This document shows, one piece after another, positions 9,246-25,299 of a DNA stretch of 64,000 bases. The DNA is from Macrostomum lignano (lineage: Eukaryota). The stretch spans positions 30,519 to 94,518 of the forward strand of contig NIVC01002613.1 in assembly GCA_002269645.1 (NCBI GenBank), written 5' to 3'. Position numbers and translations under genes: made by a program. Position 1 is the stretch's first letter. Each line of letters opens with the position of its first letter. Under the pieces are notes generated by a model. That model searched no databases and was not told where the DNA came from. It was given only the letters and a program-made list of their open reading frames with translations.

Positions 9246-12217
9246 ATGCAGCGGATGAAGCGCTCCGGAGACAGCCGGGATCATTCGCCTCGGCGTAGCA
9301 GCGCTAAAAAGTCGCGCGGCGGTGGCGATCACGATCGGGACAAAGACCGGGACCGCGCTAGAGACAAAGACCGCGGAAAGGATCGCGATCGCGACAGGGA
9401 TCATGACCGCGCGTCGTCGCTACGCTCCGGTGACCGGGATCAGAACCGGGACAAAGACCGGCACAGAGACCAGGACCGGGACAAAGACCGGCACAGGGAT
9501 CAGGAACGGGACAAAGACCGGCACAGAGACCAGGACCGGGACAAAGACCGGCACAGGGATCAGGACCGGGACAAAGACCGGCACAGAGATCAGGACCGAG
9601 ACAAAGACCGGCACAGAGATCAGGACCGAGACAAAGACCGGCACAGGGATCAAGACAGGGACAAAGACCGGCACAGAGACCAGGACAAGGACCGGGATGG
9701 AGAGCAGCCGCCGTACAAGGCGCTGTGCGTGCGGGACATTGACCCCTCCGCTGAGGACGATCAGGTGCGCCAGCGAATGCACGACGAGTTCGACCGGTTC
9801 GGCCTGGTGAAGGTGACGCCCAGCTTCTTCGACAGCGAGAAGATCGCCTTTTTGTACTTTGACCGACCCGAGGACGCCAGGCGGGCGCGGGCAGCCAAGC
9901 TGGAGGCCGGCCTGAGCTTCAGCGGCCGGTCCTGCCGCCTGGACCCGCACTACTCGCGCAAAAGGACTCCGCCGCAGCGTCAGCGCCAGCGGTACTCGCC
10001 GCCGCCGCCGCAGCAGCACCTGCCGCCTATCGGCTCCTCGGCTGTCAGGCGACGCGGCGGCGATTTTGGCGGCCGGCGCGGTCCGCCGCCCGAGGAGGTG
10101 CTGCCGCCGGAGGACGACGACCGGGCGACCCGCACCCTGTTCCTGGGCAACATGCCGCCTGATGTGGACGAGTACCTGATCAGGCACAAGTTCGAGCGGT
10201 TCGGCATCATCCAGGTAGGTTGAGGAGGCAGCGGCTATGGTCAGATGATCGATCTGAAGTCAATTATGAATGTATTTTCTCCATTCCCTCATTACCAGAC
10301 ATGGAGGGCCGTAGCCTAGTGGTCTAGCTCGGGCCGTCGGGCGCTCTGATGTGCCCAGGCTCGATTCCAAGTCTGATCGTGCAATTAACACCCTTCAGGG
10401 CCAACTCCCCAGGCACAGTGAAGTGCCTTTAGGATGAATAAAGTTAGGGTCGCTGTACACTCCTGTGTGAGTGTGTGCCTGTGCGTATGATTGCGTACGT
10501 ATCCTCTCGCCGGTTGTGTGACAATGTCGCTTAAAGTGCGCCAGGGTGCGCACAGCCGCCTGCCTCTAACTAAAAAACTGTCAGACCCGAGACAGACTGC
10601 AGGTTTTCAGCTGCAGTCCGTCTGTCTCAACGCTAAATCTGTCTCAACGCCAAGCAGAAGTCGCAATGCTAGCGGTAGTGGAGATTAACGCATAAGCGGA
10701 GAGAAATTTCAGCCCGCCTCATTTCGTGGCTGAAAATGGAGATTTTGTTAAGAAATCCCAGTTGAGCCCAGTTCTCCCTGACCAGCCGCGATCCCCCCAA
10801 CCGCCGACAGGACCTCGAGGTGAAGCGGCCGCCTAAAAGCGTCATGCAAACGCCGGGCGCCAAGGCGTTCGCCTTCATCAAATTTCTCACGCTGGACATG
10901 GCCTACAAGGCCCGCGTGCACCTGGCGCAGACCAGCATCGGCGGCCACATCGCCAAGATCGGGTACGCCAAGGCGGTGCCCTCTTGCTGCATGTGGCTGG
11001 GCGGCCTCGGCTCCTGGCTGTCCGAGGAGAAGCTGCGCACCGAGTGCGAGCGGTTCGGCAGCCTGGAGCGGCTCGACTGGCCGCCCGGCCGCGACTTCGC
11101 CTTCGTGCTGTACGAGCGGCAGGAGTCGGCGGCTGAGGCCGTCCGCCGGCTGCGCGGCGGCAGCTTCTACGGCGAGGACAAGCGGCTGCGGACCGACTTT
11201 GTCGATGCCGACATCAACCTGCTGCTCGGCCTGCTGGCCCGCCACTCCGGCGCGGCCGACTCGCAGCAGCCGCCGGCGCCCCTGTCCTCGGCTGCCTTCC
11301 TGTCCGCCAGCGCCGGCTCCGGGATTGCGCAGCCCTCCGTTCTGCAGCCGCCGCCGCCGCCGCCACCCCCGCCGCCGCCGCCGATCGACAAGGCGACCAG
11401 CATTAACGACGTGGTGCGGAGCCTGCAGCCGCCGTGCTGGTCGGGCGCCCTGCTGCTCAAAGGCGCGCGCTTCCCCGCAACGCTGCACTATTTCTATGGC
11501 GAGACCCGCCTGCTGCGGGACCACTTCGGCCCCAGGGATCCAGGCGGGGGCAGGCGGGGCCACCGGCGGGGCGGCAGCCGCGATCGGGACCGGCACAGCG
11601 AGCGCGACGCCGACCACCGGCCATCCGTGCTGCGCGAGCCGCCACCGATGCCGCCCACCGATGCCGAGGACGAGCCGCTGGAGGTCCGGCAGCGGGTCCG
11701 CATCACCCCGGCCAGCGCCGACCGCATGCTGGCCCGTCTGCTCGCCAGCGTCGAGGGCTTCTGTGTCTGCTTCTGCGTGCCCCGGGCCGGCCCGCCTGCC
11801 GCTGCCACCGCCGCGGAGGAGCCGTCGGTCACAGCCTCGAGCGACTCCGCCAGCGAAGCAGCCGCAGCAGCTGCCGCCGCAGCGAAAGTGGCCGCGGATA
11901 TTCGGCCGTTCAAGCACCTGCTGTCCTACCTGGTTGCCAAGGACTCCGTCGGAGTGGTGGACCTGGAGGACGGCATGGGCGCCCTCTACCTGGTGCCGCC
12001 CTGCCTGCTCACGCAGCGCCTGTTCACCAAGAAGGCGCCGATGCTTGACTGGCAGCGGGCCGCCTCCGAGGCCGACGAGCACCTGCTGGGCCTCCTGCTG
12101 CGCCGCCGAAACCCGCCGCCTCAGGCCGTCCCGGCGCAGCCGCCCTACGCCTCGCTGATGTCGCTGCCGATGCTGGCGACCGAGGCGGCGGCCGCTGTCA
12201 CTAGCGAGCAGAACTGA
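9246..12217 (+). CDS. RBM15: RNA-binding protein 15 / spenito (3 RRM + SPOC); exons 9246-10214, 10811-12217
   Basis: RRM1 YKALCVRDI...IAFLYFDRPEDARRA, RRM2 DDRATRTLFLGNM, RRM3 MWLGGLGSW...FAFVLYE, SPOC WSGALLLKGARFP and RPFKHLLSYL...VGVVDL. The phase-0 intron gtaggt (10215)...cag (10810) joins IIQ|DLEVKRP. Confidence 0.92.
9432..9697 (+). repeat. Coding 30-bp repeat (DQDRDKDRHR x~8) in the RBM15 N-terminus
   Basis: In frame with the RBM15 ATG. Unit variants are mostly synonymous or D/E. Confidence 0.85.
10303..10577 (+). mobile_element. tRNA-derived SINE-like element in the RBM15 intron
   Basis: A-box TAGCCTAGTGG (10312-10322), B-box GGCTCGATTCC (10358-10368), ~200-bp body and a short A-rich tail ending at 10577. 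Confidence 0.6.
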
Positions 12218-15200
12218 CCCGGCAGGTCCGTGCTGGTCCGCCCTCTGCCCGCCTGCTCTCCGGTGTTTCCTACAGAATAAAAGATAACCAAATTCTCGCA
12301 GCCTACTGTGAGTAGCCTCTCGCCCCTCTGACTCGCTAGTGTTTTGTTTAACTTTCTCGCGCTGATTTCGCCGTTTTCGCCAGCTGGTTGCGGCAAAGCC
12401 GATGAAATATACATTTCAAAATAACCGATTTCACAAATTGTTGTTTCAATACAAACCGCGTCTACAAATGCATCAGCGCTTGCCTGTAGGTTTTTTGCTC
12501 GCCTGCCGGCTAACTCTGGCTAACTGGGGCTTTGGGGCTGCATCTGTTAGCTGGCTACAAGTCTCGGCCTGCATGTATCAGTTGGGGCGCCACAGTGCAG
12601 TTGATCAACTTGACTCTCCACCCACCACTGAGCCCCCGCTTACTATTGGCGAAGCCCGCGGCTGGCGCAGCGCGACAGATGTAGCGGGTCGGCTTTTGTT
12701 ATTCCAGTGCACAGCCAGCATCTCTGTGCTTGGGCCGAGCCGGCTGCAAGCTAAAAGTGCAGCCGAATCTCCCCAGCTGCCGCTTGTCGCGCTCAGTTAA
12801 GCAGCTGGCCCTAATGGCCTGATTCCTATCGTGGCCGCCGGTCTCCCCCGGCAGAAAGATGGCGAAGAGGCATTTCAGGCTGGGGCCGCTGTGAACTTTT
12901 ATGATCCCCTCTTCACTGCGGCGAGAGGAGAAAACTGGGTCAAGGAATCCTGAGTTCGGCCAGTGCGGCTAAACTTTTCTGGACCGCTTCGCCGCCGCTG
13001 TTTTGGCACCGTTCCGCGGCCCCGAGCCCCGGCTGAGTCAGCCGCCGGCCTTCCCTGTCTGCCCCGCATCCCCCAAGCCCGGCCTCGTTTGCCTAGTAAA
13101 TCCCCATGCAGGCAAAAGTGCACCCGGACTGCCGCCCGGCTCCCCATCCGCCCGCCTCCCCTCTGCGCTCTCCCGTCCCCGCAGTTGCCCGCTGGGCCGC
13201 CCTGTCCCGGCATCCCAGACGGCTGCTGACCCGCTAGGGGGGGGGGGGCTCCAAGCCCGCCACTTCTTCCCTGGCCCGGCAACCGGGATTCAATTCCCTC
13301 CCCCAAGTCGATTTGGGAGCGGGCAGAGTGCAGGCAGGCAGCGACTTTTTACTGCGCAGCCTCCGGCCCTCCGAGCATCATCGTCTCCCTCTTTCACTTC
13401 CCTGCCCGCCATGTCCCACGTCGCGGCACGGGGAAAGTCGCCGCTGCTGCAGCCCTCCACGCGGGGAATGGCATGCTCCCCTGCGCTGGATGCGGCGAGG
13501 GCAGCTGCAGCGGCTGCCACAGGGACTTAAAGTTTATCTCGTGCAGAGGCAAATGTTTCCTGTGTTAAATATTGTCGTGCTCGGCTGGGGAAGCCGCCTT
13601 TATTAGAAGGTCTCTCAGTTGCTTTTAAATCCAAGCCATGGATACGAAAGTGTCAAGGACGACTTAAGCAGCTGTCTGTTGGCCATTATCATGTGATAAA
13701 GCGTGCATTTGCTGCTCTTGCTCAGCTGTTGAATTCTAGGCGCTAGTTATAAGGCTGTTGTGCTGCCGAATACCCGAGACTTCGCCTCAATAGACTGCAT
13801 GACTGCATGGCTGGCCATCCGTCAGTCAGTCAACAGGGGGCTCCACCCCGTGCGGCAGGCCGGTCGGGCCCGGCGGCTGCAATGCACCGTTGCGGCCTGG
13901 GCTTTCCGCTCATGTGACCGAGATTACGTAACAGCTCCACGCCGCACCGAGCGACCCCGCCAGGAAACAAAGCGCGCTCTGCAACTCGTGCGCAACGGCT
14001 TTTTCCGAGCTGTTTCGCTTGCGTTGCCTCGAATTCAACTGGCTTTGTCTACTTTGGAGTCTGCGGTCTGGCATTCACTGGCAAATGACTGAAATGAGCA
14101 TCAGGCAGAGAGAACTGGAGCGTGTCAGGCAGTGGCTGGAACCTCAGCTTCACTGCGCACGGCTCACTTCCGGACTGAAGTGTCAATCCGATCCGAGCCA
14201 CTTCCGGTCTGCGGACTCTGTGCTGGGCCTGAGTGGCATGTTTGCAACTTTCTCCGACCAGCCTTGGGCGCTCGCAAAGCAGCTCTGGTCCGATTGCGTC
14301 ACTGGCAGATTCCAGTGCAACGCGTAAACAGACGAATCTCTGGGGCGGGGCTGCATGGCCAGGGCCAGCTGTTCTGGATTTCGGATTTCGTGCTGGACAG
14401 AAGTTCAGGAGTGATGAAATCTGCACCCCAGAAGTGTGTGCATTCAGTGCAAAAACAAATGAAGGTCAAAGGAGATTTCTGGCGAGGGGACGCAGACTCA
14501 AATTTCACAAATTGCATGGCAACAATGACTTTAGGATAATTCTACCCCCCCCCCGAATGAGTTTCGATTGAACTTCGAATAGTGTCCTGATACCATGCTC
14601 GGGCTCGTCCTTCAAACGACCTCCCGTTCTTCTCCTACTGTCCCCCTCTACTCTCGGGTGGGACGGGGTCATACGAGGTCACGCGGCCTGCGCGGAGCGG
14701 AGGAGGCAGAGAAGCGAACGAGTGCGCGAAGCCGCCCCAGGGATTTGGGAGCGGTGGGGAGGCGCGGGCTCAGCGCTTTCCCTTCCTTTCCCCTCATTTC
14801 AGGATCACTCCGGCCCGGGACTCGCCTTCTTCTCTTCCCGCTCTGTCTCCGGCTTCCCCTCGGCTTCCCCGCGGCTCAGTTTTTAGGGCAAGAAAAAGCC
14901 GGGGCCTCCATCCGGCCTTCATCCCATGCGGTTCCCAGTTTCCCACCGGATCGGCAGGGATGGGAGCTGCAGCTGTCAGTCTCGGGCCTGTGTGAGTGCG
15001 GTGGCCCGCGGAGACTGCGGGGGCTGCAGCTTCAGTTGATGACGCAGCTCAGCCAGCTGCAGGGCGTTAACTGGAAATTGTTGGCTAGGCCTCGGTGCAC
15101 AAAGCCGTCCTGCCCATAGACAATAGCAGTTGCTATGCCGTCTGTAGACCACGCACCGACCGAGTTAAAGTGCGCGTGAACTGCAGTGAGCATGTTTTCC

Positions 15201-17965
15201 TTATGCTAGGCTTAGTCAGTTTTTATGACAAAAAATCTGCGTTGGTTGGCAAGTTTCAGTTTTTTACTCATAAACAGCTCCAAATCGGGCCAAAAATTCA
15301 CCTGCAACTGTTTGAAAAATTGCCTACTTGTTTTGCTTTGGCTTCTTGATTAGTGCAGCTGCACCTTAGCCCTCGAAGCCGGAGAACTCCCTGAGCAGAT
15401 CGCGAGTTCAGAGTTGCTGCGGACTGGTCGTACTTTGATTTCGGCTCAACTGAAGGCTAAAATTTTCAAATGGAAAGCTGAGAGAGAGCACAGCAGAATG
15501 TTGCAGAGAATTCAGAGATAACGAGATTGCAGCGTAGGTATAGGCTGTGCGGCGGGGGAAGTGGAGCTGGTGACAGATGTGAGAGGTCAGATAAGACTGT
15601 CCCGAATTGCCTGAGTTTCAGTGAAAGGGATTTCTCTGGGTTGCATGGACAGAAAAATGTACTGCAGTGCATTGCTGTTTTCGCACAGCATTTCCGCCCG
15701 CATCGCAGCCGGCACCCCCGCCAGCCAGTTTGCCAGCACCGCTGCGGTGCAGCTGCCCGGCTTCGGGCTGGTGCGGCCCGAACTGCGCAGCTTTCGCAAC
15801 CCTAAACTGCCCCGCGGAGCAGAGCAGCTGAGACCAAAGCAAGAGGAGGGCGGCCCGACTGTTTGCAGCAGAAAAGTCCTGCTCAGAGTCGCTGAGAGTG
15901 GAGTCCAGAGATGCTGCCCAGCTCAGCCTCACGAGCTCTTGAGGAATCGGATTTTTCTTGACCCCATTCAGCGCTGTGCGTCCTCTGGAGCTACCGAATG
16001 CACTGGCGATGCGACAGCTGCTGCAATACGTGCCTTAGCGGCCTCAAGCTCATTTCTGTTCCATCAAATTCGATAAACTGTTGAATGTGTGAGATGGCCA
16101 GATTTTTGCTAAAAATAACTGTGGAAAATTTACATCTCGCCGATGCATTTGGCAGCGAAATCAGGCCTTCAAATAAATTTTCCATAATAATTTTGAAGTG
16201 CCATTGTGCGTAAACTTGCAATTGTGAGGGATTTTATAATTTGCCACTCAGCTAGCTGAAATTCAATTTCAATTTTCGCCGACTAGAAGAAACTCGACCC
16301 CCTCGCACCGGCATGGCAACCGGAGTCAGGTGTAGTAGCGAAACGCGATCCCTCCCTGGTTGCGGAGGCGGCAGACAATCGGAGCGTGACAGCTCGCGCT
16401 CTGCTGCTGGGTGGGTTGGTGGGAGGTGGGAGCCCGATCCCAGAGAGCGCCATGGCAACAGATGCTGCCGGGGTCGCTGCAAGGGCGCGCGGTCTCATGC
16501 TGCACTAATATTGGCGAACGCCTTGGGGCGCCTCTCCATCCCTCCCTGCCCGCCGCCTGCGTGCAAATCCAGTCTGGGAGGGGGGGGGGGCTGTCTGGGC
16601 TGGGCGGTCACCTCGGCTGACCTCTGGGAGCCGCCCCGCTGCAGTCACATGAGCAGAGAGGGCCGGGCTGTGTCTGTACTCTGCCAGGCCTGCGCAGAGC
16701 CCATTGCTAATACTTGAGCACGGGTGAGCTGGGAGCGAGCCGGACAAGAGAAGGAGAATGGATTGGAAAAGCAGCTCACACCGCCCTGCCCTGTCAATCT
16801 GCAGCGGACATCCCCCTGCAGTCCAGATTGCTCCAACCGAAAATAAAAAAAGACGAATTGGAGCTGAATCAATTAGCGATTTTTATTGGCAATTAAAACT
16901 GTTCGCAGTGCTTAAATGTGAAATAAAAGCTTACCAGTGTATTCTGGAGCGGGGATCAAATCCAGGATTATACAAGCGGATTATGTGTTGCATGTACAGC
17001 GCTGGCTGCGAAGCTGGGGCGACAAGGCAAATAGCGAGAAATCAAAAAATTAATAATAATCATCAACATAAAAATTAAAACTAAATTAAAGCGGTGGAGA
17101 CGGACAGAAGGCGGACAGGCCTCTGCAGCAAATAAAACTGATTGGACCCTGGCAGGTGCTCGCCCCTGTACCGAGTTAAACTGCGGATTCGCTAGTGAGC
17201 CAGGCGGCAGCCAACGGAACAGACAACAAACAATCTGAGGCTAGAAAGGGTGCTCAGCGCATAAGATAAATATAATGCCGACTGTTCTCAAGCACCTTGT
17301 CGGTGCCATGCAGGTAAAATGACAACTGAAGGAGCCAGCAGCCCGCCGCATCAGCCCGTGTTCACAGCGGCCGACTTGGCAGGTGGCTACAGCTGGCAGT
17401 GTGCTGGGAACACGGTGTTAAAATAATGAAGATGAAGCTACAGGTGCGGCAGGTGCGCTTGAGCTCGGTATGGGTAGGGGTGCATTTTGAGCATTGAGCT
17501 GTACATGCAGAATTTGCCAATAAAACAGTTGCAAATCAGTACTCGAACACATGTATGAAAAAGCAAGCATGCGGAAAGCTGAGCAGAGGCAAACAGGACT
17601 GGCCAAGGTCCAGCTACCTGAGGAGCTTTCTGGACTAAACAGGGATTCTGGACAAACAGATCTACATCAATTAAGCCTCTCCCCAGCTTTCAGGTGCGTT
17701 CTGATAGTTGTGAGGACATTCAGTAAACATAAATTCAGCCTAGATAGATCTGTACAGTTTGCCGGGCCTCGCCTCAGCGAGCAAAGGAAAGCAATACTGG
17801 AGACATTAAAAAACAACTCGAAAAAACACAATTGGAACTTAAGGAGTTAAATAAGGGGCAAATCGGATAGGAACAAAACTAGAGATCAGGCAATTGGACT
17901 GCAGAGGCGGAAGAGGTAGGCGCTGACTCATCTCAACTGCGTCGTGGACTGGAGCTTAGAGAACA

Positions 17966-18240
17966 CTCGGGCTGCCTCCAGGACTGGGGCACTGGAATCG
18001 GAGGAGACCGGGGCTGCCTCCAGGACTGGGGCACTGGAATCGGAGGAGACCGGGGCTGCCTCGGGGCACTGGAATCGGAGGAGACCGGGGCTGCCTCCAG
18101 GACTGGGGCACTGGAATCGGAGGAGACCGGGGCTGCCTCGGGGCACTGGAATCGGAGGAGACCGGGGCTGCCTCGGGCACTGGAATCGGAGAAGACCGGG
18201 GCTGCCTCCAGGACTGGGGCACTGGAATCGGGGGAGACTC
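17966..18240. repeat. 35/42-bp minisatellite (ggggcactggaatcggaggagaccggggctgcctc[caggact])
   Basis: About 7 tandem copies downstream of the Pim stop codon. Confidence 0.9.
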
Positions 18241-18572
18241 GGGCTAAAGCGTCACGGACTCCGGCCCCTTATTACTGCAGTGAGCTGATGGCGAATGGAG
18301 CAATGACCAGACATTCGGGATGGCTTCTGAGCAGAGAAGAGGAGTGCTTAGGCGATTCGTCCAACTAAGCAGCTTCATGAGCAGCGGGCGCATCTGCACG
18401 AGCAGTTTTTGTCCAGTTAAACTTAACCTCAAGGCTCAAGCTGAGAAATCAGTTTAGTCAGCTTTTCAACTCGAACTGACGCAACCGTGCCCCCAAGTTG
18501 CTAAGCAACCAAGGCAGGTGCGATAGAATAGAAGAATTTACACAATCAGAAAGCAAAATGTCGATGTGCTCA

Positions 18573-22004
<3,432 letters not shown>

Positions 22005-24283
22005 CTACGGCATTTATAATTGGGTCTCTTATTAGTAGCAGGCTGTTATTCTTGCACGAAATTCTGATTACTGCAATTATCTGTGGAATCATATTTTCTT
22101 TATGTCAATATTCGATACGATACATTTTTGGTAGTTTGAGGCCAAAATTTGGTTCTCCTATAAAAATAAATCCCAATTTTACTCTTCTTTACAATCGAGA
22201 TCTACTTCGCAGTATATTTCGGAGTACGTAAATTTAGAAGGGTTTTTCCATGCCGCTATAAAAAATTCGCCTCCGCGCCGGGCAGCCAATGGCGAGAGGA
22301 CTGGAACTTGGCCTGGCCGGTGGCCTTTGAGTGGATTCCCCTGTCAAGCACGCCCACGACTGATGACTGGCGAGTGCACGGGACCCCCACAGTTCACGCA
22401 TGCATGACAGACAAAGAAAGAGCATTTGGAATCTGCTGAATGCATTATTTGCTTGGAGAATTAATAAATTCATATTTGCTGCTGCTAATCTGCGCACAGT
22501 GGAACCGGCAGGAAAGAATATGCTATAAAAACTTGAGTTAAGCTGACAGCCAATAATTGTTTAATGGGTTAATGCAGCTCCTGAGCTGACTTTGCCCCCT
22601 ACTTGATTGATTCCTTCAGCTGCAGACTGCAGACCACAGCTAGCTAATGTTAGCTTTAAAGCTAATCAATCGGTAGAGAATTTTCCTAGCTTGCAACTGC
22701 GCGCTTCGCCTGACTGACAGGCCGGGCTTGAGGGTGCAGGTTTTTGCACTACAGGGCAATCTTGCTGCCAGCCGGAGCAGCTAGGCGGGAGAGCTACCTG
22801 AGATGAAATATTTTTCTATGCCGGCTAGTAGCATCGCTCTCACAAACATTGCCCTCTCCTGACCCCCTGCTGTAAAAATGCCTTTGGTTATTAGACTGCT
22901 GAAATTCTCACTGCCAGTGTGCGAGGTCTCAAGCTCTGTTCTCAGACCCAATTTTATTTTCCGTCTGTGGAAAGAATGCAGTAACGTGCTGCTGCACCTA
23001 CTCAGGTGTGACCATGCCTTTGCCTTCTATAGGAGTGAGCAGCTTGGCAATTATCCGGTCCTGCAGCATTTACCTGCAGACAGAAAAGTCCAGAAATTTC
23101 CTATGGGGTCTTTCGGGTCAGGCTGAAGCCATTAGGAAAGAGGGGATTGATTGAGCCTAGAGGATTCGAAATACAGAACTGGTAAATGATTTTGGGATTT
23201 TTGGTAGAGAATAGGTAGGATTCAAGGAGTTAGCAGGGAGTTAATCAGGTGAAGATTACAATGAAATAAAAGACCCAGTCTTGACTTTACTGTGGAATCG
23301 ATTAATAACTCAAATGTGCGCAAACGAGGCATTTATATAGTTGACGGGCTGCTGGCTGACGCCGGCGCCCCGGATTCGTGGCGTTCATTCGCGACCTGGC
23401 CTTGAAGCGCGCCCTGTGACGCTGAACGCGTATTCTGTTGTTGTTGTTATAGATACATTTAGATTGTACATGCGTCGATCAGCCAGGAAAATGTATTGTA
23501 GTTAATTCAATTATTGTAGTTTTACAAAACAAGTCACTTTACACGTTTTGTTTACGTAGACTTCTGTAAGTTCTGTTACCATGGAATATGCAATGCGTAC
23601 TTTTCAAAGCAGCCCTTGTCAGAAGTAATGCATCGGAATCATGCATGCGCAACACCCGGCCGAGCAGCCAAGGTAAGTCGCAAAACTGCATACCCAAAAT
23701 AGACGTAGCACTGATTTGATGACGAAGCATTCAGCCTAAATAAAACAGTTATAGTTACTCTTGCCGTTTACCCAAAAACGGTAATTTTTGCTTAGTTTTT
23801 TTCATAGATAAATAATATAAGTCGAATTTTTGGTCAAAAATTAGTAAGTCGCACGGCCGGTGCAAATCAGTGTGGTGGCGCATGTATGATGGGAATATGC
23901 AGACAGAACAGAACAAATCTAATCTAATCTAATCTAACATATCTAAAATATGTTGCACCATGCAATATATTGTTGTTTGTTTTGTTGTTATGTATAAAGC
24001 GTATCAGCCCTAAACTGAGCTCTTCCGCATTTATTTGTGATCGAGTTAGTCATGCACCATTCAATGTATGCTGTCTTGAGGAAAGGGATGCTGAAAAACG
24101 AAAGAGCTGCAATCTGACCAAGTAATACTTTACTTTGTTAAAAAAACAGCTACTAATAGTAGCTAGCTTAGTTTTTTCTCTTGTTAATAAAGTCGCAACC
24201 AGTTCAATGACACATGTAAGGCTTAGAGAAGAAGAATAATAAAAGATATAGCATTTTTCAAGCCAATTGAGCCTAGGAGCAAG

Positions 24284-24407
24284 CAATATAATAGTACATT
24301 AATACCCATGCTTTAAGGGCGTCAATGGGAAAATCAGAGGGCGCTCGCCGTTAGGCGCCCGAGGATTTCCCATTAGCGCCCGCAAAGCATGGGTATTACT
24401 ATTATTG
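24284..24407. repeat. ~120-bp imperfect palindrome / long hairpin
   Basis: aatacccatgcttt/aaagcatgggtatt, gggcg/cgccc, aatgggaa/ttcccatt and gggcgc/gcgccc close a 10-nt loop. The outer flanks aatagt/actatt also pair. Confidence 0.8.
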
Positions 24408-24531
24408 TGCCATAGACATTTGTGTCCTTGACAAAGTGGGACAGAATAATCGGGCGTTAAATCTCATTAACAGTAGGAATACCAAGCCATCTTTCCGCCC
24501 GTCGAACTACCAAGGGGGGGGGTGAAATTTC

Positions 24532-25299
24532 GTGCATTCCTGCACGATGAATAATCCGACAATGTACCATGACCTTTGTGCCCGCTGGGCACTTATTCTT
24601 GCCTTTTAATGCCACAGACTACATTTAAGCCCGCTTGCAGGAAAGAAATATCAAAATTAGCGGGCAGTTAAGGACATTTAACGCCCGATTGTCTATGTCA
24701 CACTTTAATGCAAATTTGCGGGCACTTAACAGTAGAACTACCAAGGGGGGGGGAATTCCCCCCCCCTGAAAATTTTTTTTGCTGCGCTGGAACGGAGCAA
24801 CGCAGGCACACGAAATTCAAGAACACGGGCTAACTTTTTGTTGCGCACCTTCTCAAACAAGAATCAAGTCGCCAGCCCTCCGGACCGTCGAGATATTCGA
24901 CGATTCTGCCAGAAGGTCGGATTTTTCCCATAAGCGCTAGTGTATTCAGTACACCCCTGTGCGCCAATCAGCACTGCGCCTCAGTGCAGCCTTGCCAAGT
25001 CTCCAAATTTCATCAGCACGTCGACCACAAGTGTCTGCATCAGTTCTGACTTCGTTGGTCACTAGCCTTCACCCAGGTGGAGCTTCTTGGTAGTTCTACT
25101 GTTAAGTGCCCGCAAATTTGCATTAAAGTGTGACATAGACAATCGGGCGTTAAATGTCCTTAACTGCCCGCTAATTTTGATATTTCTTTCCTGCAAGCGG
25201 GCTTAAATGTAGTCTGTGGCATTAAAAGGCAAGAATAAGTGCCCAGCGGGCACAAAGGTCATGGTACATTGTCGGATTATTCATCGTGCAGGAATGCAC
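24532..25299. mobile_element. Foldback/MITE-like element with perfect 214-bp inverted arms (24532-24745 and 25086-25299) and a 340-bp spacer
   Basis: Checked base by base: the arms are exact reverse complements. There is no ORF. The inverted repeat is certain; the mobile-element label is inference. Confidence 0.75.

Noticed and set aside
10306-10380. Intact tRNA gene
   Set aside because: A and B boxes are present, but I could not form an acceptor stem or anticodon arm; treated as a SINE head.
10748-12082. 444-aa antisense ORF and other shadow ORFs over RBM15 and PIGO
   Set aside because: Antisense shadows of GC3-rich real coding sequence.
14019-14327. 102-aa ORF (SIRQRELERVRQWLEPQ...)
   Set aside because: Lacks the GC3 bias of true exons here, with no convincing splice partners or recognisable motif.
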